From the IMG/VR virus record IMGVR_UViG_3300009159_000033: a stretch of 64,000 bases of DNA; one strand, given 5' to 3'. The first letter of the stretch is position 1. Each line of letters begins with the position of its first letter. Of the stretch, positions 25,645 through 35,753 are shown one piece after another. The notes under the pieces are model-generated. The model saw only the letters and a program-made list of their open reading frames with translations. It was not told the DNA's origin and made no database searches. The DNA comes from a virus. Made by a program: the position numbers and the translations under genes.

Positions 25645-28600
25645 ATGTTGAATACGACCGTTGGACAACTGTTAATTAATGATGTCCTTCCGGAAGAGTT
25701 GAGAGACTCCCATCGTGTGCTAGACAAAAAAGGGTTGCAATCTTTACTACAGCAAGTGGCGCGGCAGCACCCAGAGAATTACCGAGATATATCTTTTAAG
25801 CTAAGTAATCTTGGTCAAAGTATAGCACAAGAGCAGGGTGGTATGTCGTTTGGGCTTCGTCACATGCAAGTAAGTAAATCTGCAATAGCTTCCCGCCAGA
25901 AGGTTAGAGCTTCTCTTACTAATATCCTAGCTGACGATTCTTTGACAGACCAAGAGCGAAACGAGCAGATTATTCGTGCAGTTGGCAAGGAAAGTCCAGA
26001 ACAGCAAAAACAAATACTTGCAGAAGCGTTAAAAGACAAGAACCCTCTCGGTATGCAGGTTATGTCGGGTACCCGTGGTAAGTCTATGAATCTAACTAGT
26101 TTGTTAGGTTCAGACATGCTGTATTCGGACCAGCGTGACGATGTAATTCCAATTCCTGTGCTGCGAAGTTACAGCGAGGGGCTGTCTCCTGCCGAGTACT
26201 GGGCTGGAACCTACGGAGCACGCAAAGGCATTATGGCAACTAAGTTTGCCACACAAGATGCTGGATTCTTTAACAAACAACTTAATCAAACTAGTCATAG
26301 ATTGGTAGTCACCGGAGAAGATGCCGAAGAGGCAGACGACGCACCTATCCGTGGATTAGTGGTGGATACTGATGATCCAGACAATGAAGGGGCATTGCTA
26401 GCTCGTAATGTTGGTCCTTACGCTAGAAATACTCCACTTACTCCAAAAATACTGAATCATTTAAAACGGCTTGGTACACCTAAAATCTTAGTGAGATCTG
26501 CCCTAGTGGGCGGGTCTCCCGATGGCGGTGTTTATTCTAGAGATGTAGGTATTAGAGAAACTGGAAAGCTGCCTGGGCTTGGCGAGCAAGTTGGGTTACA
26601 GGCTGCCCACGCTTTAAGTGAACCGATTAGCCAAGGTCAGTTATCTGCAAAGCATTCGGGGGGCGTGGCCGGACAAGAAAAAGCTGTTAGCGGTTTTCAG
26701 TATTTAAACCAATTAGTACAAGTTCCTAAGAAAATGCAAGGAGGGGCAGCCCACTCGTTAATGGATGGAGTGGTGCAGCGTATTGAAGAAGCCCCTGCGG
26801 GCGGGAGCTATGTCACCATTGGGGATAAACAACATTATGTAGGGGCTGGGTTTGAGCTTAAAGTAAAAAAAGGAGATGAGGTAGAGGCTGGTGATGTAAT
26901 TAGTTCAGGAATTCCTAACCCAGCAACTATTACCGAACATAAAGGAATTGGAGAGGGTAGGCGGTATTTTGTTAATGAGTTCCGCAAGGCGATGGGTGAC
27001 AGCGGAATGTTTGGGCACAGACGTAATATTGAGGTGTTAGCCCGAGGTCTTATCAACCATGTAAGGCTGACAGAAGAAACAGATGACCATGTGCCTGACG
27101 ATGTTGTTCCTTACTCTACGCTTGAACACACATACAAGCCACGAGAAGACCACCAGCGGTTAACTCCTAAGCGTGCATTAGGACAGTATCTAGAGCGCCC
27201 TGTACTGCACTACACTATTGGGACCAAGATTCGACCTTCTATGCTTAAGAATTTTGAAGATTTTGAAATTAATGAAATTCCAGTGCATAAGAACCCACCG
27301 CCATTTGAACCAAACATGGTTCGTGGGTTGTATCAAATGCAACATGATCCCGATTGGATGACACAAATGTATGGGTCTGGTCTAAAGAAAAGCTTCTTAG
27401 ACTCTGTGACTCATGGGGCTATCAGCGAAGAACGAGGTACAAGCTTTGTTCCAAGCTTAGCAATGGGTCTTGATTTTGGAGAAGGTAAAAACCATGCGGT
27501 AATAAAACCTCAGCCTAGTTATGAGCTACCGGCATTACCTCCACTTCCTCCCCCTATTCCTTCTACTCCTGCTGCGGCAAAGCCTACAGCTCCTAGCAGT
27601 GCTCCTTTTTTTGGCGGGCGTTTTACCCCTGGGCAAACTAAGCTAGGATTAGATAGCACACCTTCTGTGTCTAAGCCACCTTCTGTCTCTAAGCCACCTG
27701 CTGTAACCAGTATGTCACCAGTTTCTAAGCCTCTTAATACAAACATTATGCCTTCTCCTACTCCAGCCCCCAAAACTGCACCGACTACCCCAAGTTCAAA
27801 CCAATTTAGTAACTTGATGCAAAACGATACTTTTGCACAGCAAACTGGTCAGATGTTAAACGGAGCAGATCCTACAAGTGCACTTATGATGCTAGGAGGC
27901 ATGGCAGGGGGTAGTAATAACATGTCTCAGTTATTTAACTCTGGGCCTTCGCAGCGATTAGCCACAAGCGGTAGTGGCGGTGGAATGTTTGGTAATTTGT
28001 TTAATATGTTTGGGAATAACAATCAAAATGGGCAATCAATTATGCCCAGTGGAGATTACAACTCAGCTACAAATCAAGGCGGGATGTTGAGTAGTAACAC
28101 ATCTGCGGAATCTGCACCCGCATCTTCAGCAGAAGCAGTTCCTGCAGAGGCTACATCAAAAGCTGGTCCAGATATATTTACAGCTGTAGATCATGCACCG
28201 GCGGCCTATACCGCTATAAAAAATACAATCGTACCGCCTAAGGCATTACCTACTCCCCCTGCGCCTACTGCACTAGTGCCTAAAGCACCGCTACCTACAG
28301 CTCCAGCACCTATTACCCCTACTCCACCGATACCCAAAGCACCAATACCCAAAGCACCAATGCCAGCTGCACCAATACCAGCTGCACCCGGAGGTTTACT
28401 TAGTAAAGTAATGCCAGCAGTTTCCACGACTTACAAAACATTGGCTAAAGCAGCCCCTGGTATTGGAATAGCTTTAGAAACTGGGAGTGTCGGTTACGAT
28501 GTTTACAATAAGGGTTGGGATAACACAACTAACGACGCAGCACAAAATATAAGAAACATTGCTTCAGGTAAAGATGGGTTGCACACATTGTGGCAAGCTC

Positions 28601-29364
28601 CTGTTCAAATTTTAAACCCAGTGGCTAACGCACAGCTAATAGCAGGCGGTACAACTCAGACTGCACAGATGATTGGGGAGCAAGCTGGGATAGGTGCTGA
28701 AGCTATTCGAGATAAAGTAACTGGAACTGATGCTATTTCTCGTGCATCGGTTGTGGACAAATCAAAAGTTAACGCAATGGAAGTAGCAAAGCAAAAAGAT
28801 TTAGAAGCACAAAAAGCTAAGCTTCAGCAAGAGTCGCAAAATACAAATATCATGGCTCCCTCCATGATAGAACAAAATAAACAAGAGCAAGCTGGCATCG
28901 ATGCACAAATAGGAGACGCTAAAACTAGACAAGAAAATACGGCAGACGAAACAGCTAAGTGGAGATTAGGTCAGCAGAATTGGTTTGGGAGTGGCGGACA
29001 CAAATTCCGAGATGCCATGCAAAATTCGGTTGCAGCTACGGACACAGAGCTAGCAGATTTAAAAGCTAAAGGTGAATTAGATGCAGTAGGTCAAGCACGG
29101 CAGGAGCAGTTATTAAATAGACAGGCGCAGCGTAAGGCAATGCTGGGTACTTATGACCGAGAAAGCGGTTCCTCGGGTAAGGGATTATTCAGCAAGGATA
29201 TACGCAATCGGGTTAGCGGTCTTAAAGAAAACATTGTGGCAGTTACTGCACAGCTTCGAGATACTTCTCTTCCTCCTGAACAAAGGGCAAAGCTAGAAGC
29301 CCAATTGAAAACTAATAACGAGGACCTTGCTGAGTACCGAGGATGGGCAGAAAGTTCTAAATAA
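25645..29364 (+). CDS. rpoC: RNA polymerase beta' C-terminal half (bridge helix, trigger loop, jaw) fused to a ~620-aa low-complexity extension
   Basis: TTVGQLLIN, SGTRG, EGLSPAEY..TYGARKG (bridge helix), VGLQAAHALSEP..AKHSGG (trigger loop), RRNIEVLARGL. RNAP similarity ends near 27480. Confidence 0.93.
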   Translation: MLNTTVGQLLINDVLPEELRDSHRVLDKKGLQSLLQQVARQHPENYRDISFKLSNLGQSIAQEQGGMSFGLRHMQVSKSAIASRQKVRASLTNILADDSLTDQERNEQIIRAVGKESPEQQKQILAEALKDKNPLGMQVMSGTRGKSMNLTSLLGSDMLYSDQRDDVIPIPVLRSYSEGLSPAEYWAGTYGARKGIMATKFATQDAGFFNKQLNQTSHRLVVTGEDAEEADDAPIRGLVVDTDDPDNEGALLARNVGPYARNTPLTPKILNHLKRLGTPKILVRSALVGGSPDGGVYSRDVGIRETGKLPGLGEQVGLQAAHALSEPISQGQLSAKHSGGVAGQEKAVSGFQYLNQLVQVPKKMQGGAAHSLMDGVVQRIEEAPAGGSYVTIGDKQHYVGAGFELKVKKGDEVEAGDVISSGIPNPATITEHKGIGEGRRYFVNEFRKAMGDSGMFGHRRNIEVLARGLINHVRLTEETDDHVPDDVVPYSTLEHTYKPREDHQRLTPKRALGQYLERPVLHYTIGTKIRPSMLKNFEDFEINEIPVHKNPPPFEPNMVRGLYQMQHDPDWMTQMYGSGLKKSFLDSVTHGAISEERGTSFVPSLAMGLDFGEGKNHAVIKPQPSYELPALPPLPPPIPSTPAAAKPTAPSSAPFFGGRFTPGQTKLGLDSTPSVSKPPSVSKPPAVTSMSPVSKPLNTNIMPSPTPAPKTAPTTPSSNQFSNLMQNDTFAQQTGQMLNGADPTSALMMLGGMAGGSNNMSQLFNSGPSQRLATSGSGGGMFGNLFNMFGNNNQNGQSIMPSGDYNSATNQGGMLSSNTSAESAPASSAEAVPAEATSKAGPDIFTAVDHAPAAYTAIKNTIVPPKALPTPPAPTALVPKAPLPTAPAPITPTPPIPKAPIPKAPMPAAPIPAAPGGLLSKVMPAVSTTYKTLAKAAPGIGIALETGSVGYDVYNKGWDNTTNDAAQNIRNIASGKDGLHTLWQAPVQILNPVANAQLIAGGTTQTAQMIGEQAGIGAEAIRDKVTGTDAISRASVVDKSKVNAMEVAKQKDLEAQKAKLQQESQNTNIMAPSMIEQNKQEQAGIDAQIGDAKTRQENTADETAKWRLGQQNWFGSGGHKFRDAMQNSVAATDTELADLKAKGELDAVGQARQEQLLNRQAQRKAMLGTYDRESGSSGKGLFSKDIRNRVSGLKENIVAVTAQLRDTSLPPEQRAKLEAQLKTNNEDLAEYRGWAESSK

Positions 29365-29451
29365 TATTAGTTGTGTGCTTGTATTGCGGTATAGGCCCCT
29401 ATATGGCTAAACTGGTCTAATAATTTCAAGTTTTAAACTTAGGTGAATATT

Positions 29452-29661
29452 ATGTGGAATAAACCGCTGCTTGGTGGGCTTGACATAAAATATGCTGCAG
29501 CATACTTGTTGCCTCCGACTACCATGAAGAAAAAGAAAAAGAAAACGCCACTAGAGGAAGAAGAAACGGATGTGGAAAAGGTGGCAGCTGCCTTGGGTGA
29601 TGCTATTGTAAATGCCCGCCTTTCTTTACTTAGACAGCAGATGCGCTCTAATAATCGGTAA
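29452..29661 (+). CDS. Small basic/acidic K-x-A motif protein
   Basis: DIKYAAA, VEKVAAA and a KKKKKK run; ATG 29452 is preferred over GTG 29443. Confidence 0.5.
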   Translation: MWNKPLLGGLDIKYAAAYLLPPTTMKKKKKKTPLEEEETDVEKVAAALGDAIVNARLSLLRQQMRSNNR

Positions 29662-29677
29662 GTAATACAATCGAGGA

Positions 29678-32209
29678 ATGTTGCTCATGGAAATGCCTAG
29701 ACAAAATAATTTATTGAAGAATGCTAGTATCGGCGGTAAGGGAGGAGAAACTGAATTTGAACAAGCTTTCTCTAGCTTGGCTTATGCTTATTTAAAAGAT
29801 AAGGCACCCCGCCTCCTTGATTACATGTTAGGCTTCCAGCTAATTGATCGAAATGAAGATAACACTAAAGCTATTGGTGTCTTTGGTTTTCAAGTCGGCA
29901 AGCAATGGTTGTACGCTCCTGTATTTTTCTTAAATGGTGATTTAAAAGGACACGAGTTACTCTACATAAAAAATAATGATTCGTTTGTTCCTATGAAGGA
30001 AAACTGGATCAACTATCTTATGAGTCGAAAACCTCATATTTTAGGGGAGTCTTCCGTAGGTAAATTACAAGAGTTAGGAGGAATCGCTCCTGATATCAAT
30101 TCTTTATCTATTTCTCCCCAAGGCCACAAGCACGCAAGTGATTCCCAGTGGTTACAGCCCGTTCTACCTATGCTAGCGGCCTTCAAAGTAAAACTTGCGG
30201 GCTCTTTGTACCGTGGTGCCGGCAGCCGTAAGCTGGATCAAAAGGCAGTTGTTCGAGTGCCATTCACAGCAGCATTAACCAAGACAGCTTCAAATCTGGA
30301 TTTTAACCAAGTGCTGCCTAAAAGCTTGGCATTACTTGAAGCAGCTTACGACTTAGCAGAACGCTATCCCACCATTAAAAAAGCTACTAGTGACTTCTAT
30401 GGTGTGGATTGTTTTTCACGCTGGGCTAAAGAACTTCGAAGTAACACAATCAAGCAGGCTAGCAGCATTCTTCCTACGCCTACTACTGTCACACTTGTGC
30501 CCAACACCTTGCTAAGCTCACTATCCCAGCCACTTCCTATTACCGACCACATTAAGGAAGGTAAGTTAGAAGTCTATATGTCAGCTTCTGTGGTAACTAA
30601 TAAAGATGAGCTAAACACCCTAGATCGAGAAAGGTTATTACAAGGCAAAGTAGTCATCAAAGATCGTAGAGAAGATACAGAAGTAAGTAAGCTTTACACC
30701 ACTGAAAATGATATTAGCCTCACCAACCCCTCTGAAACTGAATTGTATTCTGTTTTAGAGAGCTCTGGTGAATTTAGTAAAATGTTGGTGGTCTTGAATG
30801 GTATCAGCAGTCGTGGAGCAGAGTCCATGACCACAGTTGTACGGATAGATAAAAAGGATGGGGCTAACAAAAGCTGGTTAAATGCCGACAGCACGTCAGT
30901 TTTTGCTACACAAGTTTCTGACAAAGACGAGTGGAAAGATTGGTTTGATGGCTTATCCTCTGATACAGACTTGGACGAGGATGCAGAATATATTGCTATA
31001 AACTACAGTCGTTCAGCTACTGCTCCTTTCCGTGTAACTACGGACATGGGTGATGGTGAGTACAAAGTAGATTTTCGCACGAATAAAGATTATTCAGCTT
31101 CACGTAGCGAGCTGATGCCTAAGATACAAGATCGGTATGCTCCTTCTAGGCGGGGCATGGCAGCAGGTGCTAATCTAATAAGTTCTTTCAATAGTAATAG
31201 TAATTATGGGGCTACTCTAATCATTGGCAAAGAAGATAAGAGCGGCCTTAGACTTAGACCTGTCTCCGGACAACTTCGTGTGCCAGCTTCTTTCAAGTTC
31301 ATCAAATTGTCGGATGGTTCTTCTTCCAGCATCTTTGGCGGGTGTGGCTGTTCACCTTTTGACGATGAATCAAATCCTATTAAGTTAGGTGGCTTAGCTG
31401 ACATCAAACGCTTATTAGTTGAAAAGACAGCTAGGCTCAAGATATTTAATAACGGAACTGATGTGTACCTAGACTCTGTAATCGGTGCCGTTCAATTAAG
31501 CAAAAAAGCAGCACTATGCCGCTTGGTAGACACACATGGACTTCGTGAAAAAGTTGCCGTGGATATGCTGCAACAAGCAGAGAAAAAAGGTCATGCAATT
31601 TATCGTGTGCTTTATGCTGCTGGTTATGGGACCGAGAAACAAGCTGAGCCTAATACCAGCGTGTTAGCTGGAGGCCCATCCTTCCCCCTTGATACGGATA
31701 CTTCTGGGGATCGTGGCAGTGAAACCTATGGCCCAAGCACCTCTGCCCTAACTCGATATTCTACCGAGAAAAACTCGCCTATCCCTTCAATGAGCGGTAA
31801 GAACACAAATAGGTCTAAGTGGGACAACTGGCAGAACTTTGAAGCTAAAGATTTTCAACAAAATCTGCAATCTGCTCAAACTGCTGGCAAAGATGGGCAG
31901 AAAGAAGTATTTGATGTTTCAATGATGGCAGGTATGTTAAAAACAGTAAGACAAGATTCACTAGTAGATCGCCACTTGGGCGACTTAATGGCAGCCTTGG
32001 ATTCGCTAGGCCGGTTGTTAATGAATTTCTACTGGCATCAAGAAGAATTTGAAGATAGATATGGCAAAAGTGATCTTCCAGAGTTAGAAGATAGTTTGCG
32101 CAATGCTTTTGAAGCTCTTGGTGATATTACACTCTTCTTGAAAGAGAAGACTATTGAGTCATCATTTGATAAAGGTGACATTAACTTAGACGAAGTTTCA
32201 AGGAACTAA
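29678..32209 (+). CDS. Large head-module protein of unknown function
   Basis: 843 aa; LLKNASI, GHKHASD, LTKTASN, IKQASS, VEKTAR and TEKQAE. The start may be 29687. Confidence 0.65.
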   Translation: MLLMEMPRQNNLLKNASIGGKGGETEFEQAFSSLAYAYLKDKAPRLLDYMLGFQLIDRNEDNTKAIGVFGFQVGKQWLYAPVFFLNGDLKGHELLYIKNNDSFVPMKENWINYLMSRKPHILGESSVGKLQELGGIAPDINSLSISPQGHKHASDSQWLQPVLPMLAAFKVKLAGSLYRGAGSRKLDQKAVVRVPFTAALTKTASNLDFNQVLPKSLALLEAAYDLAERYPTIKKATSDFYGVDCFSRWAKELRSNTIKQASSILPTPTTVTLVPNTLLSSLSQPLPITDHIKEGKLEVYMSASVVTNKDELNTLDRERLLQGKVVIKDRREDTEVSKLYTTENDISLTNPSETELYSVLESSGEFSKMLVVLNGISSRGAESMTTVVRIDKKDGANKSWLNADSTSVFATQVSDKDEWKDWFDGLSSDTDLDEDAEYIAINYSRSATAPFRVTTDMGDGEYKVDFRTNKDYSASRSELMPKIQDRYAPSRRGMAAGANLISSFNSNSNYGATLIIGKEDKSGLRLRPVSGQLRVPASFKFIKLSDGSSSSIFGGCGCSPFDDESNPIKLGGLADIKRLLVEKTARLKIFNNGTDVYLDSVIGAVQLSKKAALCRLVDTHGLREKVAVDMLQQAEKKGHAIYRVLYAAGYGTEKQAEPNTSVLAGGPSFPLDTDTSGDRGSETYGPSTSALTRYSTEKNSPIPSMSGKNTNRSKWDNWQNFEAKDFQQNLQSAQTAGKDGQKEVFDVSMMAGMLKTVRQDSLVDRHLGDLMAALDSLGRLLMNFYWHQEEFEDRYGKSDLPELEDSLRNAFEALGDITLFLKEKTIESSFDKGDINLDEVSRN
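30290..30305. promoter_or_regulatory. 16-bp palindromic element, copy 6 (intragenic)
   Basis: TCAAATC-TG-GATTTTA. Confidence 0.5.
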
Positions 32210-32212
32210 AAC

Positions 32213-33361
32213 ATGGCTTCAGAATATTCTCGTGTAGTTGCATTTTCTGGCAACTCAAATGCGATCCAAGCTTTGGAACTCCCTGCTCCATCTTATGGAA
32301 CGCTGGACCGCTTTATTATTACGCAGACTAGCCCTGCAAGTAATACTGGTAGCGGTACCTTCAAAGTGTATGATCGCAGATCTGCATGCATAGGATTGAC
32401 TGATCTTAATGTAGTAGACTCGGGAACTATTGCTAGTATTTCGGTGGCTACTGCTAACTTTATCGGGGAATACGATGCTGGAGCTTCTTATAAGATTGGA
32501 GACATTGTAACCTACACTGGGGGTGCTTTGTGGCAGCGAAAAATCGCATCTGTCCCAGTTACTGTGGATCCCTATTGTGTTTCCGGTGCTGGTTTGGCAA
32601 TCGTTAATGGAACTTATACTTATGTGGCTGGACCTAGATCTCCGCACTCAGGATCAGGGCGATGGGAAAAAGTTGGTGATGACAATATAAGGATGGGTTA
32701 CACGCCAGCTCGGGGTGATTACACGATAACACAAGGTTCTTCATTCCCATCAAATGTAAAATATACGGCAGCATGGGCGAGTTCTCCAGCAACTGCTTTA
32801 ACTTCTACTTGGTCACGATGGGGTGGTGCGGATCCTGCCCCAACAGTAGTAGCTGGAACTTGTGAACCTGCTGGACCAGAAGGTCCGAGCACCCCAGGTA
32901 GTGCTTACTGGGAACCTGCACCCATCAATGTAAATCTTACTGTAACTTTTAGTGCTCCACATGTTTTAACAGTAGGGTCTTCATTTTTTATTAAAGACTG
33001 CAATGTAGCCCTTTATAACAAAACTTACACAGTCACAGCTGTTGTTTCTGCAACTGCTGTAACAGTTTCTAGCTCTACTTTTTCATCTACGGCAATTACT
33101 TCTGGTGTCTGGCAGACAGATCCATTTAATCCCAGAACTTCACCTCCAACTAGCTTGGTCTATTCTGGTACTGTAACTGCTGGAACAACTTTTCAAGCAT
33201 TTGATTTAAATCGTGGATATGAGAACAAGGATAACCAAGACATTAATCTGCGTAGTCGCCACACAGGTCTTTGGTTAGAATTTACATCAGCTTCCCTAGG
33301 TGATGAAATAATGTTGGGATGGGAAGTTGCTTACACCTGCAAAACTAATAGCGTTGATTAG
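32213..33361 (+). CDS. Beta-rich virion surface/decoration protein with a CBM5/12-like module
   Basis: Thr/Ser/Gly/Val-rich; EYDAGASYKIGDIVTYTGGALW. Confidence 0.5.
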   Translation: MASEYSRVVAFSGNSNAIQALELPAPSYGTLDRFIITQTSPASNTGSGTFKVYDRRSACIGLTDLNVVDSGTIASISVATANFIGEYDAGASYKIGDIVTYTGGALWQRKIASVPVTVDPYCVSGAGLAIVNGTYTYVAGPRSPHSGSGRWEKVGDDNIRMGYTPARGDYTITQGSSFPSNVKYTAAWASSPATALTSTWSRWGGADPAPTVVAGTCEPAGPEGPSTPGSAYWEPAPINVNLTVTFSAPHVLTVGSSFFIKDCNVALYNKTYTVTAVVSATAVTVSSSTFSSTAITSGVWQTDPFNPRTSPPTSLVYSGTVTAGTTFQAFDLNRGYENKDNQDINLRSRHTGLWLEFTSASLGDEIMLGWEVAYTCKTNSVD

Positions 33362-33367
33362 GAGTTA

Positions 33368-34390
33368 GTGTTGAAAAGCTACAAGGACGTACGCCTCGCT
33401 GACCCATTTCTTCGCCCCTACTGGAGGCATGAGCGGGTACTCCGTATGCTTCGAAGTGTTCCTCCTGAGCGATGTAAACGATTTGATGATCAATGGATTC
33501 AAGAATATAAGAAGTTCTTGTTTTTCTGGAACAAAGGTGAAGGGCATAGAGAAAAGCTTCTCTATGAAAACCCTGGCTTATACTTTGCTTATAGTTTGTA
33601 TGACCGATTAGCTGTTGAACCTGAGTTGACATTGATGATCGAGGCTAGACTACTAGCTGGGGCATCTATCGAGAGCATAGCTAATGATTGCAAAACTATA
33701 CCTGAAACTATCCAATGGTATGAGCGATTATTCTTTAATGTATCTGATTTCTTGTCTCATCATGATTGGATTGTAAAGAATGTGCTTCTGCCAGCATCTG
33801 ACCGCTTTGTTGAGCAAGCACCACATGACAGTGATGAAGCATCTCAGCCGATTATAGCTGCTGGGCTTATGCGTTCGCAGCTAGATCTGCCTTTAAAATT
33901 CTTTGCATATTTTGGCGGGCCTTTAGTATGTGATGTGATGATTAGTGGGTTTCGTCGTAATAATCATGTATTAAATACAGATAATTTGGCGGAGTTCTTT
34001 AACAGTCAGTTCACACTTCAAGTACAGCGTCGCAGCGCACAAGCAGCGGGTCAGTTTGAAGTGAATAAGTACAATGTGATGGAATTGCTTAATACACATG
34101 CACGACTGATGGAATTACAGCGATCAGACAAGAGCCAAGAAGTAAGGCACAATGAGTTTGAGAAAAATGTCAGTGCAATGATGTTAGAAATTCCTTGGAG
34201 TATTGGGAAAAACGGGGAACAGTTATATCAAGGAACCCCTGTTGGTAAGTATGATATGGGACCAGTTGAGTTGAATTCAGAAGAAGCTATTTTGATCGCA
34301 GCTGGAACTAACTTACCTGTGTTGGAACACGATACAGGTGTTGATGTTTATAAACGGGAGGAGCCAGAAAAAAATGCAAGCACTAAGTAA
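33368..34390 (+). CDS. Hypothetical head-module protein
   Basis: 340-aa ORF, co-directional, overlapping the next gene. Confidence 0.65.
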   Translation: MLKSYKDVRLADPFLRPYWRHERVLRMLRSVPPERCKRFDDQWIQEYKKFLFFWNKGEGHREKLLYENPGLYFAYSLYDRLAVEPELTLMIEARLLAGASIESIANDCKTIPETIQWYERLFFNVSDFLSHHDWIVKNVLLPASDRFVEQAPHDSDEASQPIIAAGLMRSQLDLPLKFFAYFGGPLVCDVMISGFRRNNHVLNTDNLAEFFNSQFTLQVQRRSAQAAGQFEVNKYNVMELLNTHARLMELQRSDKSQEVRHNEFEKNVSAMMLEIPWSIGKNGEQLYQGTPVGKYDMGPVELNSEEAILIAAGTNLPVLEHDTGVDVYKREEPEKNASTK

Positions 34391-35753
34391 GTCAGACGAA
34401 CAGCAGCTACTAGATGGCGTTAAAATGGCCGTGGATTTGGTGGATAACCAAAACATGCTGCCTAATGATGCCATGCATAAGGTAGCTAAACATATGCAGT
34501 TTTCCCCAGGCTTTTTAAAAGCAGCTTGCAACGCTTTTAATACTGGGAGACAGCTAGCACAGTGGAATGCTAATGATTCCGTGCTGGATAAGCTCGCTAG
34601 TTTTAGTCTAGCGGACTACGCTACTGTTCATGATCAGATCTGGGGGCAAAAGGTAGAGAAAGTTGCTTCGGTATCTTTCTTTCCTCCTACTTTTGATTCG
34701 TATGAAGAACAAGCAAGACAACAATTGCTCCGCATGGATTTAACTACATTAGAGAAATCAGCAGCAGCAGTGGAACCGCATCCACTAGCAGCAGCAGAAC
34801 ATGCCACCAATAAAATTGCAAAAAGCTATTCAAACTTTGACTACTGTCGTCGAATGGCTGAAGAAGCTAGACGAGAAAAGTCAGCAAATGAAGATAGGCT
34901 AAACCTTAAGCTTCATTTGTTGGAAAGCTACTTCCGTAAGTTTGCTCAAGATCGTTTGCCTTTGGCACAAGTGGAACACGCAGTTTCTGTCTGTCGTGGT
35001 GCTGTAGGTAAGTCGCTTATGGACCATGTTGCAGGGCAGTTTACTAAAGAAAAAAGAGCCACAGACCATAAAGCTAGTTGGGCAGGGTTTCAGCAAGAAG
35101 CAGATTGGAAGAAAGAACCCTACACTTTAATTGATGCCACGATAAAACAAGCTAAAGACTATTACAAAGCTTCTGAAGCTTTGCAAAAAGCCGAAATTAA
35201 ATTAGCAGAAGCCAAAGAGCTTACAGCTTCTTTTTACCAGCCGTACTCCAATAGCGAACCTTGTTTACCTCTCCATTCTAATATTATGGGAGAAAAACAA
35301 GGGGGCACGGCCACAAATATGTTTGCTAGTGGAGCTGGCTTAGGGCTAGCACGCAACTTATCGGATACTTTAGGTCATGGGCATGAAAAAGATGTAGAAC
35401 GACAAATAAATAAGTTAGATAGCCCTGAGCATATTAACGAATTGCGTAAGATTAGAGCACAGACGGTACTTACTCAGTTGATGAGTGATCCTGATAACCC
35501 TTTGAGCCAGTATGATCCTGAGGATGTACTGAGCAAATACAATGAAATGGTTCAGTTGTCACCTCGTCTAGCCGATCAGTCTGGCGGTATTGGGCCATTG
35601 CTGAACAAGCGGATGATAGGCAATACAGAACCTTTTGAAGTTGCTGAGCTACTCAAAATGGAAGGAAGTCTTAAAGACACTCAAAGTAGTCCTGCTGGTT
35701 CAAGCCAAGCACCTAAAGCAAAGGTAAAAAATGAAACCGATATCATTAGGTAG
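34374..35753 (+). CDS. Coiled-coil K-x-A motif head-module protein
   Basis: ATG 34374 follows GGAGGAG (ORF track starts at 34338); VEKVASV, LEKSAAA and GEKQGG. Confidence 0.65.
   Translation: MQALSKSDEQQLLDGVKMAVDLVDNQNMLPNDAMHKVAKHMQFSPGFLKAACNAFNTGRQLAQWNANDSVLDKLASFSLADYATVHDQIWGQKVEKVASVSFFPPTFDSYEEQARQQLLRMDLTTLEKSAAAVEPHPLAAAEHATNKIAKSYSNFDYCRRMAEEARREKSANEDRLNLKLHLLESYFRKFAQDRLPLAQVEHAVSVCRGAVGKSLMDHVAGQFTKEKRATDHKASWAGFQQEADWKKEPYTLIDATIKQAKDYYKASEALQKAEIKLAEAKELTASFYQPYSNSEPCLPLHSNIMGEKQGGTATNMFASGAGLGLARNLSDTLGHGHEKDVERQINKLDSPEHINELRKIRAQTVLTQLMSDPDNPLSQYDPEDVLSKYNEMVQLSPRLADQSGGIGPLLNKRMIGNTEPFEVAELLKMEGSLKDTQSSPAGSSQAPKAKVKNETDIIR

Noticed and set aside
19530-29364. Cellular rpoBC operon (i.e. 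a bacterial chromosome)
   Set aside because: No ribosomal protein neighbours; highly diverged, Zn-less, re-partitioned subunits; surrounded by capsid and tail genes.
29678-35753. Portal protein or phage-nucleus shell identity for the large head-module ORFs
   Set aside because: No motif I can recognise supports either call; left as unknown pending HHpred/Foldseek.
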